Of a DNA stretch of 64,000 bases, positions 37,286 through 46,887 are shown piece after piece (within the stretch, counting starts at the first letter, position 1; the number at the start of each line of letters is the position of its first letter). The notes under the pieces are model-generated. The model was not told where the DNA came from. It searched no databases and saw only the letters and a program-made list of their open reading frames with translations. The stretch is taken from the sequence record NC_100327.1. The stretch is one strand, 5' to 3'. A program made the position numbers and the translations under genes. The DNA comes from a phage.

Positions 37286-37899
37286 TGGATATTATTGTTC
37301 TTAACGCCCCACCCAGCAGTGGTAAGGATCACATTGCAGATCTCTTGTTGGAAGCTATTCCTAACTCACACCACCGTGAGGTTAAGGAGATGCTCTTCAG
37401 TGTGGCAATTAAGGCAGCTGGTGTAACTCCTCAACTCTGGAATGCACTTTATGACCGCCACTACAAAGAAGAGCCTTGCCCTTTCTTAATGATAGACGGC
37501 AAGCATGTTTCTCCGCGAGAATGGATGATCCATTGTAGTGAAAATCTGATTAAACCTATCTTTGGTGAAGATGCTTTCGGTAAAGCCGCAGTCGCATCTT
37601 TGAAGAAAGATTTCCCTAAAGGTAAAGGGGTTGTTGTTTACTCCGATGGTGGATTCAAAGAGGAGCTGGCATGCCTTAGCGAGTACGCGTACAGCACAGG
37701 TGGAGATCTGTTGTTGTTCCGTATTCACCGTGTCGGATATGACTGGGGAAATGATTCCAGAACCTATCTAAGTCTGGAAAAGAACGGAATAAAAGGAATT
37801 GAGTTCGATGTTGTAAACCCTGAAGGTGCACCTTGGGAATGTGCATCGGAGATTGTGTGCAAGTATATTGATGCTAAAGAGGCCCAAGAAGAATGTTAA
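37285..37899 (+). CDS. deoxynucleoside monophosphate kinase-like P-loop kinase
   Basis: ORF track 37282..37899; ATG at codon 2 with GGAGG RBS; P-loop NAPPSSGKD. Confidence 0.55.
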   Translation: MDIIVLNAPPSSGKDHIADLLLEAIPNSHHREVKEMLFSVAIKAAGVTPQLWNALYDRHYKEEPCPFLMIDGKHVSPREWMIHCSENLIKPIFGEDAFGKAAVASLKKDFPKGKGVVVYSDGGFKEELACLSEYAYSTGGDLLLFRIHRVGYDWGNDSRTYLSLEKNGIKGIEFDVVNPEGAPWECASEIVCKYIDAKEAQEEC

Positions 37900-38486
37900 T
37901 CGGTATTGATGTAGATTTGACACTGGTAGATTCAGGAACAGCATGGTGGGAGTGGTTGGAGCGTTTATATGGTCCAGCCAGTAAGACAGTCACTAAACCT
38001 TCTAATGGGTTAATGTATTACGATCTGTCAAAGTATTGGCCTGATCGCCCCAAAGAAAACATCATAGGGCCTTTTGATTTCTGGAGTGACCCGTTCCTCT
38101 ACGACTTTCTTAAGCCTGAAGAGGGGGCTATTGAGGTTATGAAAGATTTGGTGGCTCGTGGTCACAAGCTTGCATTTATCTCGGTATGCAAGAAAGGTCA
38201 CCTTGCATCTAAATCAAGGTTCTTAAAGCGTTGGACTAGTGATTTTATGGATCTGGACGATCACACCCAGGGTCACGGCTTCTACGCCACGCATTTCAAG
38301 GGAAATGTGGCTGTAGATGTTATAATTGACGACAGGCATGAATACCTGAACCAATTCGCTTCACGCCCTGAAGTTATTAAAATCCTAAAAGATACGCCTT
38401 ATGAGCAATTTGAGGAGTTAAAGGTCAGTGTTGACTATACCGCTAATAGCTGGTATAAAATAGGAAAGTTTTTAGAAGGTATTTGA
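37893..38486 (+). CDS. HAD-superfamily 5'(3')-deoxyribonucleotidase-like hydrolase
   Basis: 197 aa; HAD motif I IGIDVDLTLVD. Confidence 0.65.
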   Translation: MLIGIDVDLTLVDSGTAWWEWLERLYGPASKTVTKPSNGLMYYDLSKYWPDRPKENIIGPFDFWSDPFLYDFLKPEEGAIEVMKDLVARGHKLAFISVCKKGHLASKSRFLKRWTSDFMDLDDHTQGHGFYATHFKGNVAVDVIIDDRHEYLNQFASRPEVIKILKDTPYEQFEELKVSVDYTANSWYKIGKFLEGI

Positions 38487-38487
38487 A

Positions 38488-38688
38488 ATGGGCAGATGTT
38501 CTAAAGGTGGCGATCCTGTAGTCAGATACGGTGACTGGCTAGAGGTGTATGATCTGGGAGGTAAGCTGGTGTATGCCTCCAGGATCACCCAAGACATGTG
38601 CTCCGATATGTTCAACAGATACCTTGCATTTAAGGCCAACATAAACCCAGACGAAATTTCCAAAATTAAAACAAGGAGAGCTAAATAA
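38488..38688 (+). CDS. hypothetical protein
   Basis: 66 aa, ATG with GAAGG RBS. Confidence 0.45.
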   Translation: MGRCSKGGDPVVRYGDWLEVYDLGGKLVYASRITQDMCSDMFNRYLAFKANINPDEISKIKTRRAK

Positions 38689-39671
38689 TGCTAAAACTGT
38701 GCACTGCAAAGATCATTGCTGACAGCATTTCCGAGAAAGGTAAGCGCATCACCACTTTTGAGCTAGAGTATCCTCGAATTATTCACTCAGAGCTTATGAC
38801 GCACCGAGTGTTCAGCCGAAACGCCATGTCTTCCCGTGCAGTGCCTGTCGGAAAGATGCTGCAACAGATTGTGGAGAATCCGGCAATGCCAGTTCGCTTC
38901 GGTGTAAATAAGCGAGGAATGGAAGATGGTGGGGAACACGATCAAAAGATCCGTGTAGAGTACACTGATATGGAGCTAACTCCGGAAGAGTTTTGGAAAG
39001 AAGCTGCAAAAAACGCCGCTTGGCATGCAGAGAAGTTTGCCCTTGCTGGTTACCATAAGCAAGTATGTAACCGCTTAGTGGAGCCTTTTCAGCGCATGAA
39101 AACAGTTGTAACAAGCACCGAGTGGAATAATTTTTTCCACCTCCGTTGCTGGCACGATGCGGATCCTACGATTCAGATGTTAGCTAATTGTATGTGGGAG
39201 GCTCTTGTGAATAGCACTCCTGAAATCCTTAAACCGGGTCAATGGCACACTCCATATGTAGAGCACGTTTATTTGGACGGGGAGTTTAACTACGCTGTAC
39301 GTGACACAGAAGGAAAGCTCTGCATTCTCGATACTAAAGAAGCTCTGTCTATCAGTGCTAGTTGCTGTGCACAAGTATCTTATCGAAATATTGACAGCAC
39401 GTTTGAAAAGGCAGACAGTGTGGCTAAAAAATTGATTGGTGGGGATCGTATTCATGCAAGCCCTTACGAGCACCAGGCAACACCTATGGATCACGATAAC
39501 GCAATGGAACGTTTAAACTACTACCTGTCTTCATGTGAAATCACACAAGACATCAGTACTTGGCAGGAAGGTGTAACCCATCAAGACCGTGATGGTAAAT
39601 TCTGGTCTGCCAACTTTTGTGGGTGGGTTCAGCACAGACAACTGCTTAATAACCACTTCGTGAAAGGTTAA
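38688..39671 (+). CDS. thyX: flavin-dependent thymidylate synthase ThyX
   Basis: 327 aa, ATG with AAGGAGAG RBS; ThyX signature ELMTHRVFSRNAMSSRA. Confidence 0.85.
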   Translation: MLKLCTAKIIADSISEKGKRITTFELEYPRIIHSELMTHRVFSRNAMSSRAVPVGKMLQQIVENPAMPVRFGVNKRGMEDGGEHDQKIRVEYTDMELTPEEFWKEAAKNAAWHAEKFALAGYHKQVCNRLVEPFQRMKTVVTSTEWNNFFHLRCWHDADPTIQMLANCMWEALVNSTPEILKPGQWHTPYVEHVYLDGEFNYAVRDTEGKLCILDTKEALSISASCCAQVSYRNIDSTFEKADSVAKKLIGGDRIHASPYEHQATPMDHDNAMERLNYYLSSCEITQDISTWQEGVTHQDRDGKFWSANFCGWVQHRQLLNNHFVKG

Positions 39672-39672
39672 T

Positions 39673-39698
39673 CCTATCACAGCGATAGGTAACTTTTG
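39673..39698 (+). terminator. hairpin terminator after thyX
   Basis: CCTATC-acagc-GATAGG followed by TAACTTTTGTG. Confidence 0.5.
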
Positions 39699-39700
39699 TG

Positions 39701-39729
39701 TTGACTAATAGTATTAGATAATCTATAAT
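39701..39729 (+). promoter_or_regulatory. sigma70-type promoter (consensus -10)
   Basis: TTGACT - 17 nt - TATAAT. Confidence 0.65.
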
Positions 39730-39757
39730 AATGGCTCACTTTGTTGGTGAGCCAGAA

Positions 39758-40231
39758 ATGGAGACAGATATGAGTAATGTTATGATTCCTAAAAAGACAT
39801 TTATTTCAGTTACTTTGGATTTCCTATCTACCGTTCCCGGGTTTAACGTTCGCACACGAAACGGTCTCCGAGCTGCACTCTTTGCCGTAGGGTTTGATTT
39901 AAAAAGTATTGATGTTCTTCGTGGAAAAAACGTTCGATGCAAAAATAAGCCAACACATTATCGAAAGGCAGATGTATTTGCTGGTGTCATGCGTGCAGAC
40001 TTTAGATACCCGCAAATGTATAACGGTGTAGATATTTTAGATGTGGATAAAGCACCTGGTGAGGCAATGCTTGTTCAAGATCTTCCGTATGATATTCCTG
40101 TAGAGGATCGTGTTAATGTAAGAAAGTATACAAAACAATCTGAAAAGGCTGAAGATATTCATATTGTTGATGAACCTTTCAATTTTGAAGATCTGCATCG
40201 CCTGGAAAAATTATTCGGTATTGAAAGCTAA
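39758..40231 (+). CDS. hypothetical protein
   Basis: ORF track 39731..40231 would begin inside the promoter -10; start moved to ATG at codon 10 (METDMSNV) with GGTGAG RBS. Confidence 0.5.
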   Translation: METDMSNVMIPKKTFISVTLDFLSTVPGFNVRTRNGLRAALFAVGFDLKSIDVLRGKNVRCKNKPTHYRKADVFAGVMRADFRYPQMYNGVDILDVDKAPGEAMLVQDLPYDIPVEDRVNVRKYTKQSEKAEDIHIVDEPFNFEDLHRLEKLFGIES

Positions 40232-40241
40232 GGTGGTGAAG

Positions 40242-40472
40242 ATGAGTCATAACTCCAAGTGGAAGGATCTTGGTTTTGCAAGTCGGTCAGAGTATGTTGG
40301 TTGGCTTTGGTTCAACGGCCTGACAAACGATATTAAAATGTATGATGATGTTTATTATGACGAGTATACAGGCAAAATTATAAATATCTCTGTAGAAGAG
40401 GATACCTTTATCCAGCAAGATACTGATACCTGCCTTGATAAATACGTTGATGAAGTGGAGGAAGCAAATTGA
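40242..40472 (+). CDS. hypothetical small protein
   Basis: ORF track 40164..40472; ATG (MSHNSKW) with AAGGTGGTGA RBS. Confidence 0.45.
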   Translation: MSHNSKWKDLGFASRSEYVGWLWFNGLTNDIKMYDDVYYDEYTGKIINISVEEDTFIQQDTDTCLDKYVDEVEEAN

Positions 40473-42784
40473 TCACCAAGGTAATTAAAAGCAACGGATG
40501 TGAAGTGGCATTCGATCCAGAACGTTTAAATAAGGCAGCTATTTTCGGTGACGACGGTAACGGCAATTGGTCACATATTGCACTGGATGCATACAAACGA
40601 CTGTATGATGGATGTACAACCAAAGAAGTTAACCAAGCTATCATAGACTCCTGTGTTAGCCGTAAAGACGAAGCACATTCCCGTATGGCTGGTCGTGTTC
40701 TTATTGGTCAGATTTATAAAGAGGCTTTTGGAGGGTTTACAAAGATCCCTTCCTTACCATCATTTTACAACGACATGGTTGAGAAAGGGTATTGGGAGGA
40801 TATGGGATATAGCTTTACCGAGCTAAACACTTTAGACGCTGTTATTGACCACAGTAAAGATCTCGGTTATGGCTATGCAGTCCTTAAACAGTTTCGCGAC
40901 AAATACGGGATCAAGGATACTCTTAAAGACACCTTGTTTGAATCTCCCCAGATGATGTTTATGGGGATAGCAATGGCTGTCATGAAGAATATGCCGAAAG
41001 AACGTCGTATCAACGATGTTGTAAAATTATACACTTATCTGTCCGACTTAAAGATCAATGCCCCGACACCGTACTTAAACGGGCTGCGCACAGGTAAGAC
41101 AGGGTATGCATCTTGTTGTGTAATAAAAGCTGACGATACAGCAAAATCTATTGGTGTGGCACGTGAAGTTGCGTACACAATGACGGTTAACCAAGCAGGT
41201 ATCGGCTACTATTTATCATCAAGATCTGCAGGTGATGGTGTTCGCGGTAACACTATTAAACACATGGGTAAGATTCCATATTATCGAGGTATTGATGCTG
41301 GTGTTAAGGAGAACAGACAACAATCACGTGGCGGTTCTGCAACAGTATCATTCCTTGCACTGGACCCGCAGATTGATGAGCTAATCCGTTTGAGAAACCC
41401 TATGACTGTTGCTTCAAAAAGAATCAACACCATGGACTACTCCATCGGTATTAATAGGTCGTTTATCAACCGTGTGGCTAAGAATTTAGATTGGATGCTT
41501 GTTTCTTATAAGCACGCTCCTCAACTGCATGAGGGTATCTTCACCATGTCTATGGAGGAGTTCGATGCAGAGGTTGAGCGTATTGCTAAAGATGACAGTA
41601 TTCCTAAGACATGGATCCGGGCTAGAGATCTTGCTGTTGAGCTGATCACGCAGCGTACTGAGGTGGGAAGGCTGTACGTATACTGGACAGATGAGATGAA
41701 TAGACATACACCTTTTAAAGATGTGATCTATTCAAGCAACCTGTGTGCAGAAATAGCCCTCCCGACAAAAGGCTATTCAGATATGCGTAATATCTTCAAG
41801 TACGATGTTGATGATGGTGAGGTTGCATTGTGCTTCCTGTCATCTCTTGTAGCTGGAAGGGTTACCCCAGAGGAGTATGAGGATGTTGCATACTACACGG
41901 TGCTTATGATTGACAATGTTATGGAAATCATGACATATCCGTATGAAAACATGGAGAGTACTGTTAAAAAACGCAGATCCATCGGGGTTGGCCTTACCAA
42001 TGTTGCACATTTTATTGCCAGCCACAAGGTTACTTACGGATCTCCTGAAAGTAAACAGCTTGTTCACGATCTTGCAGAACTTCACAGCTACAGCTTGCAT
42101 AAGGCAAGTTTACGGTTGGCAAAAGAGCGTGGTGTCTGCGAGTGGATGTATAAAACAAAATATCCAGAAGGTTGGTTACCAATCGACACTTATAACAAAG
42201 AGGTCGATAGTGTGGTGAAAGATCCTTCTCTTAAACAGGATTGGGAAGGGTTACGTAAAGAAATCATTGAAAATGGTGGGCTACGTAATAGCGTTCTTGA
42301 AGCATATATGCCTAATGAAAGCTCTTCGCTGGCAACAAACACCACTAACGGGGTTTATCCTGTCCGTGAGCACATTATCTTTAAAAAGTCGCCACAAGGG
42401 CAGGTGCTGTTTATCGTTCCTGAATACGATGAGTTGAAAGAGTATTACACTTCGGCTTGGGACGTTGATACTAACGACATGATCGATATGTATGCTGTGA
42501 TTCAAAAATTCACAGGTCAGGCAATCAGCGCGGATTTATACATAGACTACACCAAGTTGAAAGATGGTAAAATTTCAATGAAGGAGCAGCTAGGGTACCT
42601 TATCCGTGCCACTAAATTCGGGATGAAGACATGGTATTATTTAAACTCTAGGGTTGGTGCTGGTGACTCCTTGGCAGAGGAACTTCATGCCAAGAAACAG
42701 GCTGAAGATGAAACCAGAAAGAACTATCCTTTGATTGCAGATAGTTCAGTTGAAGATCCGTATTGCGAAAGCTGTGCACTATAA
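40469..42784 (+). CDS. nrdA: ribonucleotide reductase class Ia large subunit
   Basis: 771 aa; TTG start with GGAGGAAG RBS; N-terminal ATP-cone; catalytic-site motif SSNLCAEIALPT. Confidence 0.9.
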   Translation: MITKVIKSNGCEVAFDPERLNKAAIFGDDGNGNWSHIALDAYKRLYDGCTTKEVNQAIIDSCVSRKDEAHSRMAGRVLIGQIYKEAFGGFTKIPSLPSFYNDMVEKGYWEDMGYSFTELNTLDAVIDHSKDLGYGYAVLKQFRDKYGIKDTLKDTLFESPQMMFMGIAMAVMKNMPKERRINDVVKLYTYLSDLKINAPTPYLNGLRTGKTGYASCCVIKADDTAKSIGVAREVAYTMTVNQAGIGYYLSSRSAGDGVRGNTIKHMGKIPYYRGIDAGVKENRQQSRGGSATVSFLALDPQIDELIRLRNPMTVASKRINTMDYSIGINRSFINRVAKNLDWMLVSYKHAPQLHEGIFTMSMEEFDAEVERIAKDDSIPKTWIRARDLAVELITQRTEVGRLYVYWTDEMNRHTPFKDVIYSSNLCAEIALPTKGYSDMRNIFKYDVDDGEVALCFLSSLVAGRVTPEEYEDVAYYTVLMIDNVMEIMTYPYENMESTVKKRRSIGVGLTNVAHFIASHKVTYGSPESKQLVHDLAELHSYSLHKASLRLAKERGVCEWMYKTKYPEGWLPIDTYNKEVDSVVKDPSLKQDWEGLRKEIIENGGLRNSVLEAYMPNESSSLATNTTNGVYPVREHIIFKKSPQGQVLFIVPEYDELKEYYTSAWDVDTNDMIDMYAVIQKFTGQAISADLYIDYTKLKDGKISMKEQLGYLIRATKFGMKTWYYLNSRVGAGDSLAEELHAKKQAEDETRKNYPLIADSSVEDPYCESCAL

Positions 42785-42789
42785 TTTTA

Positions 42790-42812
42790 AAGGGGCTTCG
42801 GCCCCATTTTAG
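42790..42812 (+). terminator. intercistronic hairpin (attenuator/terminator) between nrdA and nrdB
   Basis: GGGGC-ttcg-GCCCC followed by ATTTT. Confidence 0.5.
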
Positions 42813-42822
42813 AGGTAGAATA

Positions 42823-43911
42823 ATGGCTGTATTTAATGCTGAGAACACCGCTCATAAAACTGGTGACTATCCGCTGTTTCTGGGACAGCAAATGGGTATG
42901 TACGACTCTATCAACAAAAAATATCCACAACTGTTTGAACTATACAAAAAACAAAAAGAGCAAGATTGGGCAGAGGATGAAGTGGATTTGTCGCAATCTA
43001 TTTCAGATTTTGTAACATGCTCAAAGTCAACTTATGACGTGATGGTGCAGACCTTGATGTGGCAATGGGAGGCTGATAGCGTTGCGGCAAGATCGATCAT
43101 CTGCCTCTTTTCACCATTCATCACTAATAGTGAGCTTTTCACTCTATTGATGAAACAGTCAGAGATTGAAGTTCTTCACGCACTAACTTACTCAGAGATT
43201 GTTAGACAATGCCTCCCCAATGCCCGTGAGATTATAGAAGAGATTCAGGAAAACCAAAACGTTCTGAGCAGATCTGGCGTTATTGTCAAATACATGCAAG
43301 AGCTTGAGGATATTGGTGCAAAATACCGACTGGATCCTTCTAGTGTTGAAGAAGATATTGTGCGGAAATGCATTCTTAGAGCGCTTTTTGCACTTTTAGC
43401 CCTGGAAAGTATTGAGTTTATTGCAAGTTTTGCATGCACTTTCGCAGTAGCTGAACAGGGTATTTTTGTTCAGGTGGCGCAGCTTGTTCAAAAAATCATG
43501 CTTGACGAAATGCTACATTCGAAAGGTGATTTTGCCATCATTGATATCTTGCTTAACGATCCCGCATGGGAGAAAAGCTTCCTGGAGATAAAAGGGGAGT
43601 TAAAAGAGATTCTTGATGAAGTACGAACCAAAGAGTACGGTTGGAGTGACTATATTTTCAGCGAAGGAAGAGCGATTATAGGTCTTAACTCACCGTTGCT
43701 TAAAGAATGGGTTGACTATAACTGTTCACCGATTTATGATTACTACGACATCGACAAAGACTTTGTGCCGCCAACAAAGGACCCGCTACCGTTTATGCAG
43801 GTGTGGATGAAACCTTCATTGCAACAGACGGCGAACCAAGAAATGTCGAACACTGACTACCGCGTCAACACAACTGTTAACGACGCTGAAGAAGAAATTT
43901 GGGAGTTTTAA
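42823..43911 (+). CDS. nrdB: ribonucleotide reductase class Ia small subunit
   Basis: ORF track 42763..43911; ATG (MAVFNAEN) with AGAGG RBS; ferritin-like helices with EExxH-type metal ligands. Confidence 0.85.
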   Translation: MAVFNAENTAHKTGDYPLFLGQQMGMYDSINKKYPQLFELYKKQKEQDWAEDEVDLSQSISDFVTCSKSTYDVMVQTLMWQWEADSVAARSIICLFSPFITNSELFTLLMKQSEIEVLHALTYSEIVRQCLPNAREIIEEIQENQNVLSRSGVIVKYMQELEDIGAKYRLDPSSVEEDIVRKCILRALFALLALESIEFIASFACTFAVAEQGIFVQVAQLVQKIMLDEMLHSKGDFAIIDILLNDPAWEKSFLEIKGELKEILDEVRTKEYGWSDYIFSEGRAIIGLNSPLLKEWVDYNCSPIYDYYDIDKDFVPPTKDPLPFMQVWMKPSLQQTANQEMSNTDYRVNTTVNDAEEEIWEF

Positions 43912-43914
43912 TAT

Positions 43915-44193
43915 ATGAGCTGCGAAAAATCTTTTTTCATCATCATTTACGGTAAGGATAACTGCCCACATTGTGTCAGAGCAAAAGAATTTGCAATCAG
44001 CAAAGGTCTGCCTTTTGTATATAAGACACTTGGCGAGGGATACACAAAAGAAGAGCTTATTGAGAAGTGTAGTCCAATCGTCCCCAGAACGTTGCCGCAG
44101 ATCTTCTTAGAAAGCGATCTTGACAGTATCCATATAGGCGGTGCCGACGATTTCATCTCTTTTGTTAAGAATGGTTTTGGAGAGAAAAAGTGA
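43915..44193 (+). CDS. glutaredoxin/NrdH-like redoxin
   Basis: 92 aa; CPHC active site; between nrdB and nrdD. Confidence 0.75.
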   Translation: MSCEKSFFIIIYGKDNCPHCVRAKEFAISKGLPFVYKTLGEGYTKEELIEKCSPIVPRTLPQIFLESDLDSIHIGGADDFISFVKNGFGEKK

Positions 44194-46313
44194 AAGTTGT
44201 AAAACGGGACGGTAGAGAAGAGTTCTATAACGGAATTAAGGTGATCAAGGCGGCAGAGTCCGCCTTACTTGAGTCTGGACATACTGAAGAAGAAGCTTAC
44301 CGGATCGCTTGTGCGGTTAATGAAGTTGTTGCTAACAATCTACCAACCGACCAGTGCACGATCTCTGTAAAAAATATCCATATCCTTGTTGAAGATGCTC
44401 TTATGGATATGGGTTTAAAATGTGCAGCCAGAGAATACATCCAGTATAGACAGACAAGAGATAATAACAGAGAGGCAGGTGGAAAACTGCTTGCAGATAT
44501 TAGTGGCTTCTTGGATCGAACTTGTGATGAATTTACAAAAGAAAACGCAAATAAGCCTACCAATCATGTACACACTCATCGTGACCTGCTTGCAGGCATC
44601 CTTAGCAAACACCTTGCATCAACACAGATCCTGCCAGACCGTGTCTCAGAAGAGCACAATAAAGGCTTCATCCATGTGCATGATCTTGACTACTTGATCA
44701 GTCCGTTAACAAACTGTTGTTTGGTAAATTATCCAGATATGTTGGAAAACGGATTCAACATTGGTAACGCCCATGTCAGTAAGCCGAAGTCAATAGGGGT
44801 TGCAACAACAATCCTTAGCCAAATCTCTAGTGCGGTAGCTAGTGCTCAATATGGGGGTCAGACTATGAGCCATATTGATCATTATCTGGCACAGTATGCT
44901 GAGGCGACTTATGAGAAGAACCTTAAATTTTGCCAGGAACATTGGTTGCCAGATGCTGAGACTGTTGCAATGCAGATGACAGATAAAGACGTATTTGACA
45001 GCATGCAGACTTTACTCTATCAAATCAATACGTTAACTTCTGTCAACGGGCAAACCCCATTCATCACATTAAGTTTAGGTCTGGACACCTCAGTCTTTGG
45101 TAGAATGATTACCAAAAACTACTTGAAAGTCCACAAAATGGGTCTTGGTGAAGAACGTATCACACCTGTGTTCCCTAAAGTGTTGTTCTTCCTAGAAGAG
45201 GGTGTCAACATGAACCCTGGAGATCCTAACTATGATTTGAAACGATTAGCTCTGGAATGCTCTGCAGAGCGGATTTATCCTGACTTTGTTTCTGTTCCAC
45301 TAAATCGTAAAGTGACAGGCTCGACAGATGGTAAAGTAACGAGCATGGGTTGCCGGAGTTTTCTTAGCAAATACAATGACTTGGAAACAGGCGAGGAGAA
45401 ATACCTTGGCAGATTTAACTTAGGCGTTGTTAGCCTTAATCTGCCAATGATTGCGGCAAAAGCTAAAACGGAAGGTGTTGATTTCTTTGCAGTTCTTGAC
45501 GAATACCTAGATCTTGCATACGAGGCTCACCTTGTAAGGGTTGATCGTCTAAAAGGGACAAAGGCAGGGCAGAACCCTATCATGTGGTGTGAAGGCGCTC
45601 TTGCTCGCCTGGGCCCTGAAGAGAGTATTGATAAACTCTTCTACGACGGGTACGCTTCCATCAGTATTGGGTATATTGGTGTGTATGAAACCTGTCAGAT
45701 TTTGGGCAGGGAGGGTGACAAGGCTTTAGCTCTTGGAATACTTCAGCACATGAGAGATGCTTGTGAGAGATACAAGAAGGAAAGTAGACTAGCGTTTAGC
45801 TTGTACGGCACCCCTTCTGAGAGTCTATGCTATAAAGCTGCAACCTGTCTGGATCGTGAATATCCTGAAGTGTTGAAGCACGAGCATGAATATCTCACCA
45901 ACAGTTTCCATCAGCCAGTATGGATCAATAGCTCTCCTTTTGATAAGTGGGAGTATGAGGAAGGTTTTGCTATGATCTCCTCTGGTGGCAACATCGGATA
46001 CGTAGAGACACCAAATCTGAAAAACAACTTAGATGCTTTGGAAGCTCTTGTTGATTTCGGATATAAACACATTATGTATTTTGGTATCAACCAGCCTGTG
46101 GATAAATGTCTCAAGTGTGGTTTCTCTGGTGAGTTCAGTGCAACAGCTAAAGGCTTTGTATGCCCAGAGTGTGGAAACCATGAAGAGGGAACGATCAGCG
46201 TAATTCGACGTGTGTCTGGATACCTTTCCAGTCCTAACTCTCGTCCTTACAATAAAGGTAAGCAAGCGGAAGTTATCGAGCGAGTTAAGCACTACGGAAG
46301 TTGTGGTTGCTGA
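44190..46313 (+). CDS. nrdD: anaerobic ribonucleotide reductase class III
   Basis: 707 aa; GTG start overlapping upstream stop; N-terminal ATP-cone; zinc ribbon CLKCG...CPECG; glycyl-radical motif RVSGY. Confidence 0.9.
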   Translation: MKVVKRDGREEFYNGIKVIKAAESALLESGHTEEEAYRIACAVNEVVANNLPTDQCTISVKNIHILVEDALMDMGLKCAAREYIQYRQTRDNNREAGGKLLADISGFLDRTCDEFTKENANKPTNHVHTHRDLLAGILSKHLASTQILPDRVSEEHNKGFIHVHDLDYLISPLTNCCLVNYPDMLENGFNIGNAHVSKPKSIGVATTILSQISSAVASAQYGGQTMSHIDHYLAQYAEATYEKNLKFCQEHWLPDAETVAMQMTDKDVFDSMQTLLYQINTLTSVNGQTPFITLSLGLDTSVFGRMITKNYLKVHKMGLGEERITPVFPKVLFFLEEGVNMNPGDPNYDLKRLALECSAERIYPDFVSVPLNRKVTGSTDGKVTSMGCRSFLSKYNDLETGEEKYLGRFNLGVVSLNLPMIAAKAKTEGVDFFAVLDEYLDLAYEAHLVRVDRLKGTKAGQNPIMWCEGALARLGPEESIDKLFYDGYASISIGYIGVYETCQILGREGDKALALGILQHMRDACERYKKESRLAFSLYGTPSESLCYKAATCLDREYPEVLKHEHEYLTNSFHQPVWINSSPFDKWEYEEGFAMISSGGNIGYVETPNLKNNLDALEALVDFGYKHIMYFGINQPVDKCLKCGFSGEFSATAKGFVCPECGNHEEGTISVIRRVSGYLSSPNSRPYNKGKQAEVIERVKHYGSCGC

Positions 46314-46316
46314 TAC

Positions 46317-46346
46317 TTGACAAAAGCCACAAGGATGTGGCATATT
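46317..46346 (+). promoter_or_regulatory. sigma70-type promoter with palindrome in spacer
   Basis: TTGACA - 18 nt - TGgCATATT (extended -10); spacer holds GCCACA-agga-TGTGGC. Confidence 0.45.
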
Positions 46347-46382
46347 ATTGACACACAGTGAGCTAGGAGTAGGAGGTGCAGT

Positions 46383-46499
46383 ATGTCTACAGGTATTTAT
46401 AAAATTTGCAAGTGCGGCTGTCATTGCAATCTTCGTTGGTGCAAGGCACTGGACGATTTTATTTGGCATTGCCCTGAATGCGATGCGGAGTACTTATAA
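46383..46499 (+). CDS. zinc-ribbon microprotein (38 aa)
   Basis: Found by hand (below ORF-track size cut-off); ATG with AGGAGG RBS; MSTGIYKICKCGCHCNLRWCKALDDFIWHCPECDAEYL has 7 Cys and 2 His. Confidence 0.5.
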   Translation: MSTGIYKICKCGCHCNLRWCKALDDFIWHCPECDAEYL

Positions 46500-46514
46500 G
46501 CATAAGGGGTCGAA

Positions 46515-46619
46515 ATGCGGAAATCTATCAAGAAAATCAAGATAAAATTGTTAGCACTGAAGCGTAAGTATAAAAAGTTATACGGCTTCATCAAATGGAC
46601 TTTTATAAGTTTATCTTGA
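46515..46619 (+). CDS. basic micro-ORF (34 aa), speculative
   Basis: ATG preceded by AAGGGG; Lys-rich peptide MRKSIKKIKIKLLALKRKYKK... Confidence 0.25.
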   Translation: MRKSIKKIKIKLLALKRKYKKLYGFIKWTFISLS

Positions 46620-46650
46620 ATAGAAGCACACCACAGAAGAGAGGTTCCTT

Positions 46651-46887
46651 ATGATAGGTGTCTGTGTAAAAGCTAACAGATGGTTTACATTCGGTAAGGA
46701 TTACGAAATTATCTTTCATTCGGACAGAGCCACAACAGTAGAAAGTAATGATGGGTGCTACTGGTTCGTTAGTTACCAGGGTGATGGGTATTATAGATCT
46801 ACTGATTCCAGAGGGGAAGAAGCTGTTTTCTTAGATAGAGCTTATTGTGGGCCTGAATATCCCTATCTCAAAGAGGGTAAGGCATGA
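46651..46887 (+). CDS. hypothetical protein
   Basis: 78 aa, ATG with GAGAGG RBS. Confidence 0.5.
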   Translation: MIGVCVKANRWFTFGKDYEIIFHSDRATTVESNDGCYWFVSYQGDGYYRSTDSRGEEAVFLDRAYCGPEYPYLKEGKA

